Part shown: positions 28,843-38,362 of the stretch, in pieces
How the letters are laid out: each line of letters opens with the position of its first letter
How positions within the stretch are numbered: position 1 is the first letter of the stretch
IMG/VR virus record: IMGVR_UViG_3300049215_000771
Coordinates: 310,001 to 374,000 of that record
Length of the DNA stretch: 64,000 nt
Direction: 5' to 3' (one strand)
Notes under the pieces: generated by a model
Seen by the model: the letters and a program-made list of their open reading frames with translations, nothing else
Database searches by the model: none
Told to the model about the DNA's origin: nothing
Position numbers and translations under genes: made by a program

Positions 28843-30279
28843 ATGAACGCAAATTCCAAATTCCTGAACGAAGCTAGAGAGTTGGAAGGTCGTTGGGGCA
28901 AGACTGGCCTCTTGGAAGGCATTGAAGATCGCTACATCCGATCCGCCACCGCCGTTCTGCTTGAAAACCAGCGCCTCATGAACGAAGTTTCGACCGACAC
29001 TGGCGACATCGCTCAGTTCAAGCGTATCAGCATCCCGTTGGTACGTCGTATTTACCCGCAGCTAATTGCTAACAAGATTGTATCTGTTCAGCCATTGCTC
29101 GGCCCAACAGGTTTGGTGTACTACCTGCGCTTCCGGTACTCGTCCAACAAGGGCGCTACTCGTGGAGCGGACAACAACGGCGGCTTCCCGGCTGACGATG
29201 TGAACACCCTCATGCAGTTGGCTGATGGTACTGCCAACTTGGACATTTTCTACACGCACCAGTTCGTGCAGAACGAGTCCACCAGCACCGACAACGGTGG
29301 CAACGTCACTTCGGCGTACAGCCCGTTGGAACACACCCCGATCCTGGCCGGCACCATCACGGGCACGATCTATGACGGCTCCCTCGCAGTGCAGACCTTC
29401 GTGGTTTCCTCGACCGGAACCTTCACCTTCTCCAACATCGGTAGCCCAGCTACCTACGTCACCGCTGGTTCTTTGAACCTGACGACTGGCGAGTTGGTGT
29501 TGACTTGGAACTCGGCCCCAGGCCCGAACCACGCTGTACTTTCCTACGAGTACAACATGGAATGTCAACAAGATTTGCCGGAAATCAACTTGGTCATTGA
29601 GTCGGAAGAAATTGCCGCCAAGACCCGCAAGTTGAAGGCTGTATGGTCCTACGAAGCGCAGCAGGACTTGCGCTCGCAGCACAACCTCGACGCCGAGGCT
29701 GAGTTGACGGCTGTATTGGCCCAGGAAATCAACCTCGAAATCGACCGTGAAGTGTTGACGGACCTCCGTAACAACAGCGGTACGGTAGCGGCATGGGATT
29801 TCAACACGGCATTGGGCGAAACCATCAAGGAGAAGTATGAGTCGCTGTATGTGAAGGTTGTTGAAATCAGCAACGTCATCCACAGGAAGACTCTTCGTGG
29901 TGGTGCAAACTGGATGGTAACTTCCCCTGAAGTTGCTTCCATCTTCGAGACGGCAACCGCTGGTTTCGCACCGGCTCCATCTGAGACGTTCACTTCGTCG
30001 CTGGGTATCCAGTACGTCGGAACCGTCAACAACAGGTGGCGGTTGTACAAAGACCCGTTGTTCCCATCGAACCAGATTCTCATGGGGTACAAGGGTGATT
30101 CTTACATGGATTCGGGTTACTTCTATTGCCCCTACGTCCCGCTCACGCAGACGCCTGTGGTTTTGGACCCTGAGTCCTTCTGTCCGAGGAAGGGTATCCT
30201 TACACGTTACGGGAAGAAACTGTTGCGTGAAGGGGCCAAGTTCTACGCCAGGATGTCCATCGCCAACTTCGTCATCTAA
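28843..30279 (+). CDS. gp23: Major capsid protein (T4 gp23-like)
   Basis: LLENQ, IPLVRR, VQPLLGPTGLVYYLR, RKLKAVWS.E..QDL, LDAEAEL, YCPYVPL, GILTRYG. Confidence 0.97.
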   Translation: MNANSKFLNEARELEGRWGKTGLLEGIEDRYIRSATAVLLENQRLMNEVSTDTGDIAQFKRISIPLVRRIYPQLIANKIVSVQPLLGPTGLVYYLRFRYSSNKGATRGADNNGGFPADDVNTLMQLADGTANLDIFYTHQFVQNESTSTDNGGNVTSAYSPLEHTPILAGTITGTIYDGSLAVQTFVVSSTGTFTFSNIGSPATYVTAGSLNLTTGELVLTWNSAPGPNHAVLSYEYNMECQQDLPEINLVIESEEIAAKTRKLKAVWSYEAQQDLRSQHNLDAEAELTAVLAQEINLEIDREVLTDLRNNSGTVAAWDFNTALGETIKEKYESLYVKVVEISNVIHRKTLRGGANWMVTSPEVASIFETATAGFAPAPSETFTSSLGIQYVGTVNNRWRLYKDPLFPSNQILMGYKGDSYMDSGYFYCPYVPLTQTPVVLDPESFCPRKGILTRYGKKLLREGAKFYARMSIANFVI

Positions 30280-30307
30280 ACATGACAAGTTGATGGCAGC
30301 TTGAAAC
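30249..30307 (+). repeat. Direct repeat copy 1 (last codons of MCP + 3' UTR)
   Basis: caggatgtccatcgccaacttcgtcatctaaacatgacaagttgatggcagcttgaaac. Confidence 0.95.
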
Positions 30308-30345
30308 AAAGCCCTGGAGATTTTTCTCCAGGGCTTTTTCTTTTC
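30308..30345 (+). terminator. Terminator after MCP
   Basis: aaagccctggaga-tttt-tctccagggcttt + T tract. Confidence 0.85.
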
Positions 30346-30433
30346 CTTCTCCTGCATCAACCTGCGTCCGCTCCCTGGACCGGAAAACCTCTCGAAAGCC
30401 TGGAAATACGATGCGGGAAAGTTCCAAGAGTGG

Positions 30434-31237
30434 TTAAAAGACCTCATCTAACGTAGAATACCAGATTTTTTCATCAACCTCACAGATTGGATTCTGATGC
30501 AGATAATCTGGATACTTGGCGCATGGGGGCAAATCTCTGCTGCGAGCGAAAGCAAAATCGGTAATGCAGCCGGTCCTCAAGTAAAGACTCACTGCGAAAA
30601 TGTCCTGAGAATCAAATCTACAACTACTTGTAGAATGATGTTTGGATTTGGTGTGGATTAGTCGGGCGTATTTGGTGTTTGTTCCCCATAATGACTTGAT
30701 CTCGACTTTCTTTTTTGTGTCATTTTTGGATACAGCGAAATCGAAATTGTAGTATCTTCCAATGTGTTTTGCACAATCTCCTGGCATCTTTTTAACCTTG
30801 AAATTGTTACAACGACAATACCGAACAAATTCGTGTTCGACAAGGCCGCTCAAAAAGGAACCGCTTGTTCCATAACGATCTATTTCCAGCAAATCGCCAA
30901 CCTGGAGATGAGTGAGAGCCTGCGACAAATCATCTTTCTTGTTACTGCCTACATATATTTCTCCTTCCGCTAGATTGTTGGAGACAGCAATTATTCGCCC
31001 TTTTGCCAATTCCTTCCACTGCATTGTTTCAACAAAATTGCTACGAACAAATTTGCCGGTCTGTCCTGGAACCAACAATTCGTCATCTGTAGCATCTAAA
31101 ACAAACGAAGCTGTCCATTGCGTTCCATTCTTGCGAAGCGTCTTATCAATTCGCAAGATCGGAATGTAAGCAGGAAGTAGTACAGATTTCAAAGAATCTT
31201 GCGTCAGTCCCTTGTATTTTGCTTGTAACAGACCCAT
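30434..31237 (-). CDS. Putative PD-(D/E)XK restriction-like endonuclease (AT-rich cargo)
   Basis: VEHEF...NFDF...VEIKS catalytic-like pattern; ORF from ATG 31237 lies wholly between the repeats. Confidence 0.55.
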   Translation of the reverse strand: MGLLQAKYKGLTQDSLKSVLLPAYIPILRIDKTLRKNGTQWTASFVLDATDDELLVPGQTGKFVRSNFVETMQWKELAKGRIIAVSNNLAEGEIYVGSNKKDDLSQALTHLQVGDLLEIDRYGTSGSFLSGLVEHEFVRYCRCNNFKVKKMPGDCAKHIGRYYNFDFAVSKNDTKKKVEIKSLWGTNTKYARLIHTKSKHHSTSSCRFDSQDIFAVSLYLRTGCITDFAFARSRDLPPCAKYPDYLHQNPICEVDEKIWYSTLDEVF

Positions 31238-31260
31238 GCTTAATGATATGTCAATAAGCA

Positions 31261-31320
31261 CAGGATGTCCATCGCCAACTTCGTCATCTAAAACATGACA
31301 AGTTGATGGCAGCTTGAAAC
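31261..31320 (+). repeat. Direct repeat copy 2
   Basis: Identical to 30249-30307 except one extra A. Confidence 0.95.
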
Positions 31321-31323
31321 GAC

Positions 31324-31358
31324 AAAGGCCAGGCATTTCTGCCTGGCCTTTTTCTTTT
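31324..31358 (+). terminator. Terminator after repeat copy 2
   Basis: aaaggccaggca-tttc-tgcctggccttt + T tract. Confidence 0.8.
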
Positions 31359-31381
31359 GTGTCAAGTGCATACAATTCGAT

Positions 31382-32044
31382 ATGACTACATCACTACAAA
31401 TCTGTGGCTCTTGCAACGAGGCCAAACCACCAGAAGAATTCTACCCACCTACTTCCCATGAAAAACGCTGTCGCTCTTGCGCCAAATTAGAACAACACGC
31501 CAGGGTGAAAGCGGCCCACGCAGCAGGAATGACTCGCCGCCAGTGGGTCAGAAATGTTTCTGCCGAGGCTCGGAGCGAGGCTCTAGCCTTCTGGCGATCT
31601 ACACTCCTTCAAATTCAAACAAACACTCCGAAGGAGCAACCAAAAAAGAAAGCGCCCAAAGCTACATTCGATCATCTTGCTCTGCAAACCAGAGAACACA
31701 GCCGGTCGATGAAGAAAAAGATCAAGGAAGAACGGGCGAAACTGAACAACAAGCAAATAGACATCAAGGAAGGATTCATCTACGCAATCGTCAACCCGAA
31801 CATGAGTGAAGTTAGCCTGGGCATGACGCTTTCCTATGAAGATAGACTGAAAACCTATCAGCGCTACGATCCACACAAACGATTCTCTGTGGCGTATGCA
31901 AGGTTTGTCAAAAACAGGAGCAAGGCCGAGGCCAGGCTACATGCCGCCTTCAAAAAAGCCAGACTCTACGATGACGCAGAATGGTTCGCCATCACTGTAG
32001 AAGAAGCCATCAAAGTGATGGATGAAATAGCTGAAACAAGTTGA
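31382..32044 (+). CDS. GIY-YIG/T5orf172-like putative homing endonuclease with N-terminal Zn finger
   Basis: CGSC...CRSC; GFIYAI...SLGMT...RL...AEARLH...EWF. Confidence 0.75.
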   Translation: MTTSLQICGSCNEAKPPEEFYPPTSHEKRCRSCAKLEQHARVKAAHAAGMTRRQWVRNVSAEARSEALAFWRSTLLQIQTNTPKEQPKKKAPKATFDHLALQTREHSRSMKKKIKEERAKLNNKQIDIKEGFIYAIVNPNMSEVSLGMTLSYEDRLKTYQRYDPHKRFSVAYARFVKNRSKAEARLHAAFKKARLYDDAEWFAITVEEAIKVMDEIAETS

Positions 32045-32055
32045 TACATATCTGC

Positions 32056-32229
32056 ATGAAGAAAAAGAAGAAAGGCGATCTAAAAACAGTGTTCGATGAC
32101 GAAGGCGAGCCTGTCGTCGTCGCAATGCCGAAAGGCAATTCACAGAAGAAAGAAAGCATCGAATCAAAAGTGAAAACATTCAAGGGGTGGCTGTTGGACA
32201 ACCACCCCTTGGATGAAGCTCTTACTTGA
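32056..32229 (+). CDS. Small Lys-rich protein with KTFKGWLLD motif
   Basis: Short ORF carrying the recurring motif. Confidence 0.45.
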   Translation: MKKKKKGDLKTVFDDEGEPVVVAMPKGNSQKKESIESKVKTFKGWLLDNHPLDEALT

Positions 32230-32674
32230 CGATGTATTTCGTGCCTTCAACGATCAGCCAGGAGATGGTCCTGTGATCGACCTGACGGACTCGGCCACGC
32301 AGATCGCCCGTTTCAGGAACGATGTCCAATTCCTCAACCATCGAGCGGCCCAGGAGTGGTTCCGCCTTGATGAGTCGCCCACGCAAAGTGCGCTGGCTTT
32401 TGTCGGACTTCTCGAACGAGACAGTGAATGGACGGTTGTGAGATGTGACAAGGATTTCAGCCGCCTTGGTTTTGGAAACTTTTTCTTCCTTGTCGTATTG
32501 GTCAGCCGAGAAAGCCCGTTCAACCAGTTCCTTGCCCGTGACCTTCATGCCCTTGCCGGGTTGGTCAACGTCATCTCCCCAAAACTCATGAGAGATTGGG
32601 TTGGAACCTTTCACCTTGATATAGTGCATAACGGCCATGATGTCGCCGTCTTTGATCTTGTTTGCGTCTGCCAT
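32222..32674 (-). CDS. Hypothetical SH3/WYL-like beta-barrel protein
   Basis: FTVSFEKSDKSQRTLRG...RQVDHRTI. Confidence 0.55.
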   Translation of the reverse strand: MADANKIKDGDIMAVMHYIKVKGSNPISHEFWGDDVDQPGKGMKVTGKELVERAFSADQYDKEEKVSKTKAAEILVTSHNRPFTVSFEKSDKSQRTLRGRLIKAEPLLGRSMVEELDIVPETGDLRGRVRQVDHRTISWLIVEGTKYIVK

Positions 32675-32736
32675 AAGTCACCTGAAGGTTAAATGTTGTA
32701 GTTCTACAATAATATCGACACATCGTCGCTATTCCT

Positions 32737-33066
32737 TTAGCTCACTTGCCGTCCCAGGTCATGAGGAGCGATGCTGGTCTTCGACCCGTTCGGCAACCTT
32801 ACCAACACCTTTCCATCCCTTTCTTCCAAGACCTGAACCAAGATGGTATGCGTTGGATGCCACGCCTCGCCTTGTTGTTCGTAGTGGGCAATACGCTGCT
32901 TGTCAGCCAAGATTTCTTTCTTGGTCTTGTTCGCTTCCCGCTTTGTGCAGCAGAAGATAACATCGAGCAAACGTGGTTTTTCACCTTGTAAATACTCTTC
33001 CGGTAAATCCCAAACCATTACGTCGAAACCTGCCGGTTGATGGATTCTCACTTGAAGGTCGATCAT
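32737..33066 (-). CDS. Hypothetical protein
   Basis: ATGA coupling with the upstream gene. Confidence 0.55.
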   Translation of the reverse strand: MIDLQVRIHQPAGFDVMVWDLPEEYLQGEKPRLLDVIFCCTKREANKTKKEILADKQRIAHYEQQGEAWHPTHTILVQVLEERDGKVLVRLPNGSKTSIAPHDLGRQVS

Positions 33067-33566
33067 TTGCCATATCCCTTGACGTAATCCTTCGGCTCGA
33101 CCCAATTGATGTCGCCAAACCCACCGATGTACTGGATTTGTGCGGCCTCCATCCTGTAGAAGTTGAAGTCCTCAAAGTCGATGTATTGTTCGGTGTTCGG
33201 ATTGGCCTTCAGATAAATGTCCCGCAGCTTCTTGCGGTCCTTGGCGTCCGTCACCTTCGCCAATTTGCCGGCAAACGTGATCCTGGCGCTGTTCGATACA
33301 TCTTCCTTGTCGATCTTCATCACCATCAGGCTGCATTTTGGATTCTTCTTGAGATTCTTGGTGTGCTGGGCCATGTCGCTGATGAACAAGAACGGCACCC
33401 CTTTGTCATCCAGAGCATAAACAACCAAGGTGCCAAATGGCGTACCTTTGAAGTCAGATGACAAAGTTGCGACTTTCTCGTTCTTCACCAGGTTGTACAT
33501 GGCGTCGTATTCCTTCTCGTCTGAGTGTGCAACGCACAAAGCAGTCAATAACATGAGTTGAAGCAT
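33063..33566 (-). CDS. Pyridoxamine 5'-phosphate oxidase-like FMN/heme-binding split barrel (HugZ/CREG-like), putative signal peptide
   Basis: ATLS...PFGTLV, ISDMAQHTKNL..NPKCSL, DFNFYR...IGGFG. Confidence 0.82.
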   Translation of the reverse strand: MLQLMLLTALCVAHSDEKEYDAMYNLVKNEKVATLSSDFKGTPFGTLVVYALDDKGVPFLFISDMAQHTKNLKKNPKCSLMVMKIDKEDVSNSARITFAGKLAKVTDAKDRKKLRDIYLKANPNTEQYIDFEDFNFYRMEAAQIQYIGGFGDINWVEPKDYVKGYGK

Positions 33567-33567
33567 T

Positions 33568-34098
33568 TTATTTCTTCTTTCTCCTGCGGCCTGGCGGCAA
33601 AAATGTTGTTTCGGACAAGTAGCGATCTTCCTCGATACAAGGGTCGCAAACGAACTTGTCCGTGCCGCTCCAATGACCTTCGCCCGCAGGTATTTCGTAC
33701 TTGCATAATATGCAGTACGTTGGGTCATGATGTGGAAAAATAACATGAAAGGGATGATGGATCAAGGCGAAAATATCGGGAACTGAGAAGTTGGAAGCCT
33801 GTGTTCGATCCGCCTCCACCCTGACGTGTAGGTTCTTGTCCCTGTCCGTCCACCAGGCCACGCCCAGCCTTGATGTTTGTCCCGTGGCGTAGCCGCCGTC
33901 CGCCTTGTCGGGAGCGCCGCCGTTCCATTGCAGCACGCCTTCTGGTTTCTGCCATATGGGTTCCAGCGTGTAGTTGTCCGGCATCTTGACCTTCCTTGAC
34001 CTCACTTGTTGTTGTACACCCTCAAGAAGTTCTTTGATGGCCAATCGAACCTTCTGAAGTGTGGGATTCGTGAGAACGAGCCAGTGCATGTTGCCCAT
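33568..34098 (-). CDS. Hypothetical protein with C-terminal CxxC...CxxC
   Basis: CILC...CDPC. Confidence 0.55.
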   Translation of the reverse strand: MGNMHWLVLTNPTLQKVRLAIKELLEGVQQQVRSRKVKMPDNYTLEPIWQKPEGVLQWNGGAPDKADGGYATGQTSRLGVAWWTDRDKNLHVRVEADRTQASNFSVPDIFALIHHPFHVIFPHHDPTYCILCKYEIPAGEGHWSGTDKFVCDPCIEEDRYLSETTFLPPGRRRKKK

Positions 34099-34226
34099 GC
34101 ACTATAGTAGTCCAGGTGTTTCAAACAACCAATTGTGAAGACTGGATGAGGCGCTTGACAAAAACTAATTCGTGGCGAAGAATTGGGTAGAAGAAGAAAA
34201 AAAATGTCCCTAGCAAAAGAGGAACT

Positions 34227-34844
34227 ATGGACGCAAAATGGTTGGAAATCCAGGCTGTGGACCTGGCGACGGTGAAGGAAAAATTCAAATGGCGGAAAGG
34301 TTGGTGGTGGTGCCTGTGGCACGACGCCGACAAGATCGAACAGGAGTATCGACAATTCCTGTATCTGATCGCAACAAACCCTGGGGAAATGGTGGTCCCC
34401 TGGACGCAAGACATGGACGACTTCTGGCACGAACACATCCTCGACACATCTAAGTATCAAGCAGACTGCAACACAATTCACGGCTCCTTCATTCATCACA
34501 ATCCGCACGTCCCGAAGGGGTCGGAAACGCACGACAAGGCATTCACCAAGACCAAAACTCTCTACAAAAACGCCTTCAAGGACAAAGCCGAGAAGAAACG
34601 TGACACCGGCAGCGCAGGCTGCGGTGGAGCGGGCTGTACGACCTTCATGCCCATCGTGTTCTGTGCAACCCACACTAGCTGTAGCTCTCACGGACATGAC
34701 GGCGGGCACCACGGAGGCGATACGGGTCATAGCTGCGGTCACGGAGGCGATGCGGGTCATGGCTGTGGTCACGGGTGCGGTGGCCACGGATGCGGTGGAG
34801 GAGGTTGTGGTGGAGGCGGCTGCGGGGGTGGATGTAGCAGCTAA
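34227..34844 (+). CDS. DUF1399-like glycine-rich-domain protein with His/Cys/Gly tail
   Basis: EYRQFL, VP...DDFWHEHIL, FIHHNP; HGGD.GH.CG repeats; GAGG RBS. Confidence 0.78.
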   Translation: MDAKWLEIQAVDLATVKEKFKWRKGWWWCLWHDADKIEQEYRQFLYLIATNPGEMVVPWTQDMDDFWHEHILDTSKYQADCNTIHGSFIHHNPHVPKGSETHDKAFTKTKTLYKNAFKDKAEKKRDTGSAGCGGAGCTTFMPIVFCATHTSCSSHGHDGGHHGGDTGHSCGHGGDAGHGCGHGCGGHGCGGGGCGGGGCGGGCSS

Positions 34845-34904
34845 GTAGGAATTTCATTACCCTCCTTACTCTGTTAGGTGACATCCCAACAAGTAAGGAG
34901 GGTA

Positions 34905-35423
34905 ATGAAATTCGATCTGTACAAGAAAAAGTACCGCTGGAAGTTCTCAGCGGACTTCCCTGGGGCAACTCTGGCCGAGCAATTCGTCAAAATCGACGAG
35001 CGCCCGACCCTTCACATCGTTGAAAAAGAAAACAGCGACGGCAGTTTCCGCATTGAGAAACAGTCCTGGGCACCACTCGTCACGACGTTCTACGATCCAG
35101 GCACAACTGGACCCCAGGAACTCAAATGCGATTTGACGGGGCTATACACACTTCTGGCCGGGTTCTACGACTTCGGCGCATGTCTTTTCAAAACGGACGA
35201 CCCTTCCGAAAAGCTGGAAGAAATCAAAGACAGGCTCGGAACTGGTAAAATCACCATGTACGACGGCGAGACGCCCATTGAAATTTGGGAACTCCGTGGC
35301 TTGTGGCCGCACTCCGTCAACTTCGGCGATTTGTGCTATTCCAGCAGCGACGAGACGGAAATCGAGATTACCTGGCGATTCAAGGAGTGCAGCTACCACA
35401 ATCTGCTAACCCCAGCTAAATAG
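34905..35423 (+). CDS. Tail tube protein paralog (T4 gp19-like)
   Basis: KKYRW, RP, W.PL..TFYD, E.WELRGLWP.SVNFGDLCYSS. Confidence 0.75.
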   Translation: MKFDLYKKKYRWKFSADFPGATLAEQFVKIDERPTLHIVEKENSDGSFRIEKQSWAPLVTTFYDPGTTGPQELKCDLTGLYTLLAGFYDFGACLFKTDDPSEKLEEIKDRLGTGKITMYDGETPIEIWELRGLWPHSVNFGDLCYSSSDETEIEITWRFKECSYHNLLTPAK

Positions 35424-35427
35424 GGGT

Positions 35428-36462
35428 ATGAGAATCGCATCATTCACCATGTTCGGCCAATACCCACATGGGATTGACCTTCATGTTCGCAACCTGAAGT
35501 GGGCGCTCACAAAAGACGACCATGTTTACATTGTCACGCTTCCGAAAATCATCGAGGATTTCAAACTGGAAAGTGGTGGCAACGTCACTTACATTCCGTT
35601 CCATCATATTGATGAAGGCGACTTCATCAATTTTTGGGCCGGGTTTCCGGGCATCATCAAGAACCTGAACATCAAACCGCAATGGTTTCAGTTCATGGAA
35701 GGCGACATCTGGTTCCACAAGAAGCCAGGGTTCGTGCCGAGAAACCCGAAGGAAATAGCCAACTACCTGCCGCTGCAAACCCACTACCATGCGGTCATGG
35801 CAGGCAACAAGCTGTTGCAGCCAAGGGTATGGGAAGGCGGCACGCTCGTTCATGGAGATGTCGTTCGTCGGGCCATCGACAACGACATCTCTTTTTCTTT
35901 CGTCAAGGAGTTCTTCTGCGAGTTCGATCCCGACTATTGGGAAGACCTGATGGGCGGTAGGATCAGCCTGCGCTATTTCAAGGCTCCAGACACATTCGAC
36001 GAGTTCAACCTCTACTGTGCCCTAATCGAAAAAAGCAAGATTTGCCACTTCGACCGGGCCGTTCATCTTCGAGGCCCGGAGAGTTTACACCGAAAATTTC
36101 CCCATCTCTACAACACTTGTACTGACGAACAATTGGTAGAACCATCGAAGGTTTTGCCCTACCTGTGTGTGTATGGCGCAATCGCACCGTACTACATTGA
36201 TGGTCACTGGAAAGGCATGATCCAGTGGCACAAAATGAAGCCTGAGTTTCAGAAGGAATTCGTGCGTTTACTGCCGACTGCGAGCGAATGGATGAAGCCA
36301 GAAGAATATGTGCGCCTGGTGGAGATCACAGAAGCGATCAGAAATAAGGATCACCCTTTGTCCAATCCAGCCCCAGCATCTCCTTCACTTTGGGTAAGAC
36401 CCTCCAAAGTTCGTAATCGTCGTATTCGTGGACGGTGGGCACCCAATCGCAAACATCTATGA
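35428..36462 (+). CDS. Hypothetical protein, possibly glycosyltransferase-like
   Basis: 344-aa ORF; aromatic-rich, EGDIWF in a DxD-like position. Confidence 0.45.
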   Translation: MRIASFTMFGQYPHGIDLHVRNLKWALTKDDHVYIVTLPKIIEDFKLESGGNVTYIPFHHIDEGDFINFWAGFPGIIKNLNIKPQWFQFMEGDIWFHKKPGFVPRNPKEIANYLPLQTHYHAVMAGNKLLQPRVWEGGTLVHGDVVRRAIDNDISFSFVKEFFCEFDPDYWEDLMGGRISLRYFKAPDTFDEFNLYCALIEKSKICHFDRAVHLRGPESLHRKFPHLYNTCTDEQLVEPSKVLPYLCVYGAIAPYYIDGHWKGMIQWHKMKPEFQKEFVRLLPTASEWMKPEEYVRLVEITEAIRNKDHPLSNPAPASPSLWVRPSKVRNRRIRGRWAPNRKHL

Positions 36463-37012
36463 AATGCTTTTCGGCTTTCTTGATGACTTCCTTGGCGACG
36501 GCTTTGGGGTCTTTCTCCTCAGCGCCGATGCCAAGGATTCGCATTTTGTTGGTGATTTCAACACTGTGAACATCTAGGTTGTCGATCAGCAACCACTTCC
36601 TGCCAGCCAGGTGATACTTCTCAGCAAGTTCGCCTGGCTTTGTTTCTTTGGCGCTGTGCATTCCCTTGACGTATTTCGACCAGCCCAACACTTCAACGAC
36701 TTTCTCAACGTAGTCGATGCGGCTGTGGCTCAAGATGATGAAATCGGCGAACTTGGAAATGGCTTTGACGAGGTTGGTCGCTCCGGGTCGTGGAAACAAG
36801 TACATATCCTGATCTTCGGCATGGATCAGGCGCACATCCGGGTAGGGCTTCTTGTTTGGAACGATCATTTTGGCAAATTCTTTGTTCTGTGGATGGTCCT
36901 TCAGCCAGCCAATTTCCATATTGTGAACGAGGGTTTCGTCCAGATCGGAGAACACGGCGGGGCGTCCACTTTCATTTTGTTCAAGCCAAAGGCCAAATTG
37001 CATGAGGTTCAT
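36338..37012 (-). CDS. HAD-superfamily NIF/FCP1-like phosphatase
   Basis: SDLDETL (DxDxT), RPGA..L, LLIDN. Confidence 0.8.
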   Translation of the reverse strand: MNLMQFGLWLEQNESGRPAVFSDLDETLVHNMEIGWLKDHPQNKEFAKMIVPNKKPYPDVRLIHAEDQDMYLFPRPGATNLVKAISKFADFIILSHSRIDYVEKVVEVLGWSKYVKGMHSAKETKPGELAEKYHLAGRKWLLIDNLDVHSVEITNKMRILGIGAEEKDPKAVAKEVIKKAEKHFIDVCDWVPTVHEYDDYELWRVLPKVKEMLGLDWTKGDPYF

Positions 37013-37047
37013 CGCAAGGTATTTATCGCTGCACCGTATATATTTGC

Positions 37048-37809
37048 ATGGTGAGTCTCGATGGTTTCACAGAGTATGTCTTCAACGAGAGCGTTGAAGT
37101 AATTGATGCAAAGAAGCAAGTCCGTGATATTCTCAAGCAAAAGCGGGCCACAAACAGGAAAGGTCTTCTTATTTGTTTCGAGGGTATCGACGGAGTAGGC
37201 AAAACTACGCAGGTTGACAAATTGATGGATTACCTGGACGGTAAGGGATACGAAGTCATCCACACCAAATGGAACTCTTCCCCCTTGCTCAAAAAACCCA
37301 TCAAGAAAGCCAAAGAAAAACATATGCTCACGCCGATCTTGTACTCGCTGCTGCACGCTGCCGACATGGTGGTGAGGTACGAGAACGAGATCGTGCCGGC
37401 CTTGAACGCCAACAAGATCGTAGTTTCCGATAGATATATCTATACATCTATGGCTCGTGACTCGGCGAGGGGCGTTGACACGGGCATCTTAGAGAAAATA
37501 TACGCCGATATTCGCCAGCCGGATATTTTGTTCCATTGCGTATTGCCCATCCATCGAGCCTTCCATCGCCTCGTCAAAGAAAAAGACCTGACCTACTACG
37601 GCGTCGGCATGGATTTGAACCTTGCGGACAACATGGAAGACAGCTACATTAAATACGAGAACCTGGTAGACAAGGCTTACCGGCGCATCCTGCCGAAAGT
37701 CACCAGCTACGTCAAACTCGACATGGGCAAAAGCATTGAAGAAATTGCCCTGGAAGTCGAGCGTGTTGTCAAAGAAAAAACAGGCATCGGCAAGTACAAG
37801 AAGGATTGA
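37048..37809 (+). CDS. tmk: Thymidylate kinase
   Basis: FEGIDGVGKTTQ, SDRYIYTS.A, PDILF. Confidence 0.9.
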   Translation: MVSLDGFTEYVFNESVEVIDAKKQVRDILKQKRATNRKGLLICFEGIDGVGKTTQVDKLMDYLDGKGYEVIHTKWNSSPLLKKPIKKAKEKHMLTPILYSLLHAADMVVRYENEIVPALNANKIVVSDRYIYTSMARDSARGVDTGILEKIYADIRQPDILFHCVLPIHRAFHRLVKEKDLTYYGVGMDLNLADNMEDSYIKYENLVDKAYRRILPKVTSYVKLDMGKSIEEIALEVERVVKEKTGIGKYKKD

Positions 37810-37812
37810 AAT

Positions 37813-38118
37813 ATGACTGTGTACGTCGATCCACTTAGAGAGGTTGATCCCAGGCCCGGCTGGAAGTGGAATACAGCCTGCCACCTGATTGCAGACTCAC
37901 TTGACGAGTTACATGCCTTTGCTGCCCGCCTGGGCTTGCGGAGGGCATGGTTCCAACCACATCGCATATTTGACCACTACGATCTTCACTTGCGGAAGCG
38001 AAAACTGGCTGTTAAGCTGGGAGCAGTGGAGGTTGATATGACTTGGCTCAAAAATCGCATCAGGGCCAAACAAAATGAGCGAGCCAAAGTTTCAGGTAGG
38101 TCAACAGTTGATTGTTAG
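37813..38118 (+). CDS. DUF4031 family protein
   Basis: MTVYVD, CHLIADS.DELHAFAARLGLRRAWFQ, HYDL. Confidence 0.85.
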   Translation: MTVYVDPLREVDPRPGWKWNTACHLIADSLDELHAFAARLGLRRAWFQPHRIFDHYDLHLRKRKLAVKLGAVEVDMTWLKNRIRAKQNERAKVSGRSTVDC

Positions 38119-38362
38119 ACACGGCAGCGGAAGTTTTCTGCACGTTGTCGTTAAGAAGGTCATCAAATCTGCGAAAAAATACTGGTACGAGTTTGTAGAA
38201 ACAGAAGAACAGTTTCCGATGTTTTTGTCGGAAACTGTTCTGTTGAAGATTTTACATCCTGTTCTCGGTCAGGTCGTGGTCGATACTATCCTCATTCCGG
38301 CTGCGGAAGTAGGCACGAAGATCATCTCTCAACTTGATATTATGATCGGTCAAAGCCCATAG
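38075..38362 (+). CDS. Hypothetical KOW/SH3-like protein
   Basis: PKFQVGQ.L.V; 3' end overlaps the convergent gene. Confidence 0.45.
   Translation: MSEPKFQVGQQLIVRHGSGSFLHVVVKKVIKSAKKYWYEFVETEEQFPMFLSETVLLKILHPVLGQVVVDTILIPAAEVGTKIISQLDIMIGQSP

Noticed and set aside
29062-30447. 461-aa minus-strand ORF
   Set aside because: Shadow of MCP.
31238-31375. N-terminal extension of nuclease ORF 30434-31375
   Set aside because: It is the reverse complement of the terminator and MCP repeat; ATG 31237 preferred.
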